From Bythopirellula sp. (lineage in GTDB: Bacteria; Planctomycetota; Planctomycetia; Pirellulales; Lacipirellulaceae): a stretch of 64,000 nt of DNA. The notes beneath the pieces were generated by a model, which was given only the letters and a program-made list of their open reading frames with translations, did not search any database and was not told the origin of the DNA. This document shows positions 59,491 to 64,000 of this stretch, piece after piece (the stretch's first letter is position 1; every line of letters starts with the position of its first letter). The position numbers and the translations under genes are program-made. The DNA lies in NCBI GenBank assembly GCA_965216565.1, contig OZ244170.1, forward strand, positions 2,592,001-2,656,000, read 5' to 3'.

Positions 59491-59820
59491 TCACAGGTGT
59501 ACGGGAATCGATCGCACCTGCTCGTTTTCTGAAGGCGGCTGTGGAGGATCGACCCAAGGAATCTCTTGATTCTCTTCGTGCATCGTAAAGACAAGCGATT
59601 TGAATTCACGTGTCAATTGCGCCAGCACATCTCGCTCTGAGTTGCCGCTGGCCTGGATGCTACCAGAATCGCCGGCGGCAAGATTCGCTACTCTTCCGCT
59701 AACTGTCCCGTCTTCTTGGTGGCAAACGTAAACTAGGCAAGCATAGACAGGAACACTTGGCTTAGCGTCACCAGTGATTCCCAGCGAATTTGGGCTCTTG
59801 GAATTAGGCCGACTATCCAT
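59491..59820 (-). CDS. Small protein, HicB-like fold suspected
   Basis: VYACLVYVCHQEDGTVSGRVANL...ASGNSERDVLAQL...HEENQEIPW pattern; start 59820 or 59853. Confidence 0.55.
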   Translation of the reverse strand: MDSRPNSKSPNSLGITGDAKPSVPVYACLVYVCHQEDGTVSGRVANLAAGDSGSIQASGNSERDVLAQLTREFKSLVFTMHEENQEIPWVDPPQPPSENEQVRSIPVHL

Positions 59821-59867
59821 CGTGGTTTTAACTCTCCGAAGCTTGTAGTTCACATTGGGTGCGGCAA

Positions 59868-61664
59868 TCAGTCATCGTCCGCGCGGAGGACCGAGATAAA
59901 TGCCTTTTGTGGAATATTCACGCTGCCAAATTGCTTCATCTTGGCCTTGCCCTTCTTCTGCTTCTCAAGCAGCTTCTTCTTACGGGTCACATCGCCACCG
60001 TAGAGCTTCTCGGTCACATCCTTACGGAAGGGAGCCACAGTAGTACGGGCGATAATCTCGCCGCCAATTGCACCTTGGATTGGAATTTTGAACTGGTGGC
60101 GAGGAATCTCCTTGGCCAGTTTTTCGCAATAATGCAACGCACGAGTACGCGCTTTGTCGCGGTGAACGAGATAGGAGAGCGTATCGACGGGCTCTTTGTT
60201 GACCAAAATGTCGACTTTCACGACGTCCGTTTGACGATACTCGATTGGCTCGTAATCGAACGAACCGTACCCACGAGTCAGCATCTTCAGCTTACCGTAG
60301 AAGTCGAACAAGACCTCGCCCAGCGGCATCACGCTAGTTACTTCCAGCCGCTTGGCGGAAAGGTAGTCCATCGTCTGGCTCTCCGAGCGATGCTCTCGGC
60401 ACAGTTCCATCACTCCGCCGACATATTCTTCCGGAGTAAGGATCGAAGCCTTAATGTACGGTTCGCTTGCAGACTCGATAGACATCGGATCGGGCCAGTA
60501 GCTGGGATTGTCTACTTCAGTTTCGGAGCCATCGCGCAACGTCAGCTTGTATTTCACAGACGGAGCTGAAATCACGAGTCCGATATCAAACTCGCGCTGT
60601 AGTCGTTCCTGAATGACGTCCAGATGCAGCAGACCCAAAAACCCACAGCGAAATCCAAAACCAAGGGCTGCTGAACTATCTTTCTCATAGGTCAGAGCGG
60701 CATCATTAATCGAGAGCTTGTCGAGCGCCTTAGAGAGTTCCTGATACTCGCCCGTATCCATGGGGTAGATAGACGAAAAGACAACCTGCCGGGCTTCCTG
60801 GTAGCCAGGAATTGGCTCATCTGCAGGCCGATCGAGCAGAGTGATTGTATCGCCGACCTCGATATCCTGGACGCTCTTAACCCCAGCCACAATATAGCCC
60901 ACCTCGCCTGCGCTAAGTTGTTTGCGAGGATTTAGTTGGAATTGGTTGTAGCCGACTTCGTCCACCTTAAAATCGCGATCTGCGTGCATGAAGTGAATAG
61001 TGTCACGGGGCTTGAGTGTCCCTTCCATCACGCGGCATTGCAATATCACGCCACGAAACTTGTCAAAGTGAGCATCGAATACCAACGCTTTCAAGGCAGC
61101 GCTGGAATCGCCTTGGGGAGGTGGCAACTTTTCGACGATGCCTACCAAGACTTCTTCAATGTTGATGCCATTCTTGGCTGAAATGGCGATTGCTTCGAAG
61201 GGGTCGAGCCCCAACTCCGCATCAATCTCTTCTTGGGCGCGCTCGATATTGGCGGAGGGTAAATCGATCTTATTAATGATTGGCAGCAGTTCCAAATTCG
61301 TTTCCAACGCCATGTACAAATTGGCCACCGTCTGCGCCTCGACCCCTTGTGACGCATCAACAATGATCAACGCACCCTCACAAGCCATCAGAGAACGCCT
61401 GACTTCATGTGAAAAATCGACATGACCTGGCGTGTCAATGAGATTCAGCAAATAGTCCTTGCCATCGGGAGCTTGATAATTGAGAGTGATCGTATTGCTT
61501 TTGATCGTGATGCCACGTTCACGCTCGATGTCCATTGAATCGAGCATTTGCTCATGCAAATCTCGCTGCGCAATTCCATCGCAAGTTTGGATAAGACGGT
61601 CTGCCAGCGTCGACTTGCCGTGGTCGATATGGGCAATAATGCAGAAATTTCTAATGTGTTCCAT
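59868..61664 (-). CDS. lepA: Elongation factor 4 (LepA)
   Basis: IRNFCIIAHIDHGKSTLADRL, ERERGITIK, DTPGHVDF, GFRCGFLGLLH, YGGDVTRKKKLLEKQKKGK. Confidence 0.98.
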   Translation of the reverse strand: MEHIRNFCIIAHIDHGKSTLADRLIQTCDGIAQRDLHEQMLDSMDIERERGITIKSNTITLNYQAPDGKDYLLNLIDTPGHVDFSHEVRRSLMACEGALIIVDASQGVEAQTVANLYMALETNLELLPIINKIDLPSANIERAQEEIDAELGLDPFEAIAISAKNGINIEEVLVGIVEKLPPPQGDSSAALKALVFDAHFDKFRGVILQCRVMEGTLKPRDTIHFMHADRDFKVDEVGYNQFQLNPRKQLSAGEVGYIVAGVKSVQDIEVGDTITLLDRPADEPIPGYQEARQVVFSSIYPMDTGEYQELSKALDKLSINDAALTYEKDSSAALGFGFRCGFLGLLHLDVIQERLQREFDIGLVISAPSVKYKLTLRDGSETEVDNPSYWPDPMSIESASEPYIKASILTPEEYVGGVMELCREHRSESQTMDYLSAKRLEVTSVMPLGEVLFDFYGKLKMLTRGYGSFDYEPIEYRQTDVVKVDILVNKEPVDTLSYLVHRDKARTRALHYCEKLAKEIPRHQFKIPIQGAIGGEIIARTTVAPFRKDVTEKLYGGDVTRKKKLLEKQKKGKAKMKQFGSVNIPQKAFISVLRADDD

Positions 61665-62130
61665 GTCGTGATTTTAGCAGGAAACAGCATGAAAGATCAG
61701 GAGGCTAGACAGAGACAGGCTGGTCCTGCCCATTCCGGATCTAGAGATACTCTATTGAGTTTTGGGGAGTGAAGCATACCGTTCTTTCATGGCCAAAATG
61801 TAGCCGAGGTACTGCATTACCTACTCTCAGATCGGGGCATCCTAAGTGGTCTGTAGTAACAACGGCCTTGGAGGGTTGCAAGCTGCCAATCGGAGAGACT
61901 CACCCCCGCAAAGTCTTTGCCAAGCTCTATCTGGAAAGCATACCTGCTCCTTACAATATATTTCGGCAGGGAGTGCTTTCTTCTTGGAAGCCTAACTGGG
62001 GAACTATCTAATTGCGGCTCGCATGAGCCGAGCCATAATAGGTCCGTCGAGCCAGACCCTCAGACGCACAGAGCTTCAAACACACAGAGCCCCTAACACA
62101 CAGAAATCGTTGACTACTCGGAGAGAATGC

Positions 62131-63219
62131 ATGAAACCCGTTGTGACTTTCGGCGAAATCATGGGACGCCTCGCTGCTCCCGCACATTTGCGCCTGCGGC
62201 AAACTCGCGATTTCGAAATGACCTATGCCGGGTCGGAAGCCAGTGTTGCGGTTTCGATTTGCAATTTCGGCGGGACGGCCCGCTACGTCACTGCGCTACC
62301 CAAACATGCTTTGGCTGAGGCAACTGTCGATTCAGTCCGCGCACTGGGTGTGGACACTCAACACATCGTCCGCACAGATCAGGGTCGATTAGGGCTCTAT
62401 TTCCTGGAGACCGGGGCAAATCAGCGTCCCAGCAATGTCATCTACGATCGAACCGACTCAGCTGTATCGATGACTACTGCGGATCAATACGACTGGGATT
62501 CAATTCTGGATGGTGCCGGGTGGCTTCATCTTAGCGGCATCACCCCTGCATTGTCTGAAGTGGCCGCGGAAGCGACGCGCGTGGCGGCACAGAGAGCGAA
62601 GGCCAACGGAGCTTCAGTTTCGATCGATCTAAATTTCCGCAAGAAGCTCTGGAAATGGGATGACTCGAAATCGCCCCGCGAGCTTTCGCAGGAAACGATG
62701 CGAACCATTCTGCCTCATATTGACGTTGTGATAGCCAATGAAGAGGATTGCCACGATGTGTTGGGAATTCGTGCCGGCAGTACCGATGTGCATTCCGGAA
62801 AACTAGACACTTCGCGCTATCCAGACGTCGCTCGTCAGGTGGTCGAACAGTTCCCCAACATCAGCCTAGTCGCCATAACACTGCGCGAAAGCCTCTCGGC
62901 AACGCACAACAATTGGGGAGCAATGCTGTACGACGCCAAGGCACAGCAGGCACACTTTGCCCCACTCGATGAAGACGGTCAGTACCAGCCCTACGAGATC
63001 AAAAGCATTGTTGACCGTGTGGGCGGGGGAGACTCCTTTGCCGGTGGGTTGATCTTTTCACTGATGACCCCCGAACTAGATGATTCTGAAACAGCCTTGA
63101 AGTTTGCCGTTGCCGCTTCGTGTTTGAAGCATTCGATCAAAGGCGATTTCAACTATTCCACTCGAGCCGAAGCAGAAGCCCTTATGGGTGGCAGTGCGTC
63201 AGGGCGAGTGGTGCGTTGA
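62131..63219 (+). CDS. kdgK: PfkB family sugar kinase, 2-keto-3-deoxygluconate kinase-like
   Basis: VVTFGEIMGRL, RLGLYFLETGANQRPSNVIYDR, HLSGITPALS, DLNFRKKLW, IVDRVGGGDSFAGG. Confidence 0.85.
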   Translation: MKPVVTFGEIMGRLAAPAHLRLRQTRDFEMTYAGSEASVAVSICNFGGTARYVTALPKHALAEATVDSVRALGVDTQHIVRTDQGRLGLYFLETGANQRPSNVIYDRTDSAVSMTTADQYDWDSILDGAGWLHLSGITPALSEVAAEATRVAAQRAKANGASVSIDLNFRKKLWKWDDSKSPRELSQETMRTILPHIDVVIANEEDCHDVLGIRAGSTDVHSGKLDTSRYPDVARQVVEQFPNISLVAITLRESLSATHNNWGAMLYDAKAQQAHFAPLDEDGQYQPYEIKSIVDRVGGGDSFAGGLIFSLMTPELDDSETALKFAVAASCLKHSIKGDFNYSTRAEAEALMGGSASGRVVR

Positions 63220-63402
63220 TACTCAGGAAACAACGCGCAGCTGATTGCAAAAGGCGAAAATCGGCTCGAAGTGAATTGTGTGCTATTTGGCTTAACTTCA
63301 TCCAGATCGCTGGATTCCTGACGTCACATGATGTCAAATAGGCTTAAAGGCATTCAATCGCCAGCTCTCATCAGACTGATCACATCGTGCGGAGATCTAG
63401 AA

Positions 63403-64000
63403 ATGTTCACGCCACCTTCTTGTCGAACGGCAGCATCGATTGCCTTGGTAATGCTCATTGGGATCTCTAGCGTACAAAACACCCCAGCCGAGGAGCAAAA
63501 CTCTGAGATCGATCCCGCTGCTGAAAAACGAATTCGAGCGATGTCAGAGTACCTGGGCAATCTGAAAACTTTCTCCGTCGAGGCAAGTCATACGATAGAG
63601 ATGGAGGGCGATGATGAATCAGCCCAAAGCTATAGCGATCTACGCCGCGTCTTCGTCAAACAACCGAACCGATTGAGCATAACGGCCTCAGGCGATAGTG
63701 AAGGCGAAGTGATCTGCGATGGCAAACAGCTGTTTGCCTACATGCCCTCGATCGCAAATTACCTAATGGTCGACGCACCTGAAGATTTCGAGCAGATCAT
63801 GCTGCAAGAGGCAGCCTTGCTTTTGGGTGGTGCCGGTCGAACAGCTTTGCAGTTAGCAACCGGCGATTCCTACGATCAGTTCATGAAATCTACTGCTAGC
63901 CTCACACTTCTAGAGCCCGAGCTTATCGGCGACACCAAGTACGATCGAATAGAAATGGCAAAGGAAAATGCGATCGTCCGTTGGTGGATCGAACAAGGAG
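63403..64000 (+). CDS. Exported DUF2092/LolA-like protein (3' end runs off the window)
   Basis: Manual translation, open to the window end: MFTPPSCRTAASIALVMLIGISS...IDPAAEKRIRAMSEYLGNLKTFSVEA...VKQPNRL...VICDGKQLFAYMP...DAPEDF. Not in the ORF track. Confidence 0.75.
   Translation, partial: MFTPPSCRTAASIALVMLIGISSVQNTPAEEQNSEIDPAAEKRIRAMSEYLGNLKTFSVEASHTIEMEGDDESAQSYSDLRRVFVKQPNRLSITASGDSEGEVICDGKQLFAYMPSIANYLMVDAPEDFEQIMLQEAALLLGGAGRTALQLATGDSYDQFMKSTASLTLLEPELIGDTKYDRIEMAKENAIVRWWIEQG

Noticed and set aside
59859..60569. 236-aa plus-strand ORF
   Set aside because: Antisense shadow of lepA.
61665..62130. 465-bp gap between lepA and kdgK as a hidden gene or riboswitch
   Set aside because: Divergent promoter region with no recognisable RNA motif or convincing ORF.

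Overview
A gene-dense chromosomal window, most likely from a planctomycete (Pirellulales/Lacipirellulaceae-like; inferred from the GDFDxDGDVDGxDFLxWQR plus PEP-CTERM protein and the TPR-ExbBD modules, not from a database search). 1-30.7 kb is a flagellar locus. flhA (partial, minus strand) is followed by thioredoxin and mdh, a degenerate alpha/beta hydrolase, a membrane TPR protein, an FlgN-like gene and a sensor-less kinase with a sigma54 activator. Then comes a sigma54-type promoter and flgBC-fliEFGHIJ-(flbB/motE-like)-fliK-flgDE-flbD-motAB-fliL-fliN-fliOPQR-flhB, with no fliM. 30.7-41 kb holds a sulfotransferase plus two paralogous membrane proteins, divergent from a TPR-TPR-ExbB-ExbD-ExbD module. 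41-48 kb holds xerD, an acyltransferase, a CBS protein, a YhaM-like nuclease, tRNA-Ile(GAT) and a TPR-redoxin. 48-57 kb holds a BON protein, a lipoprotein, a second TPR-ExbB-ExbD module ending in a TonB-like-anchored prenyltransferase-repeat protein, and two tatA/B genes. The end holds a GH18 PEP-CTERM protein, a HicB-like ORF, lepA, a kdgK-like kinase and a partial DUF2092-like gene. No CRISPR, rRNA, transposase or prophage was seen. Best leads: (i) two TonB-less ExbBD motor modules, one with an SxxxH/Pro-rich/(alpha/alpha)-barrel candidate energy transducer; (ii) a beta-rich domain inserted twice in FlgE and once in FlgD; (iii) an atypical C-ring (FliG lacking torque-helix charges, FliN with two FliM-type CheY-binding peptides, no fliM); (iv) paired CGGCA-N5-TGCCG candidate enhancers inside the activator gene; (v) several REP-like repeat families. 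All homology calls are by eye from motifs.
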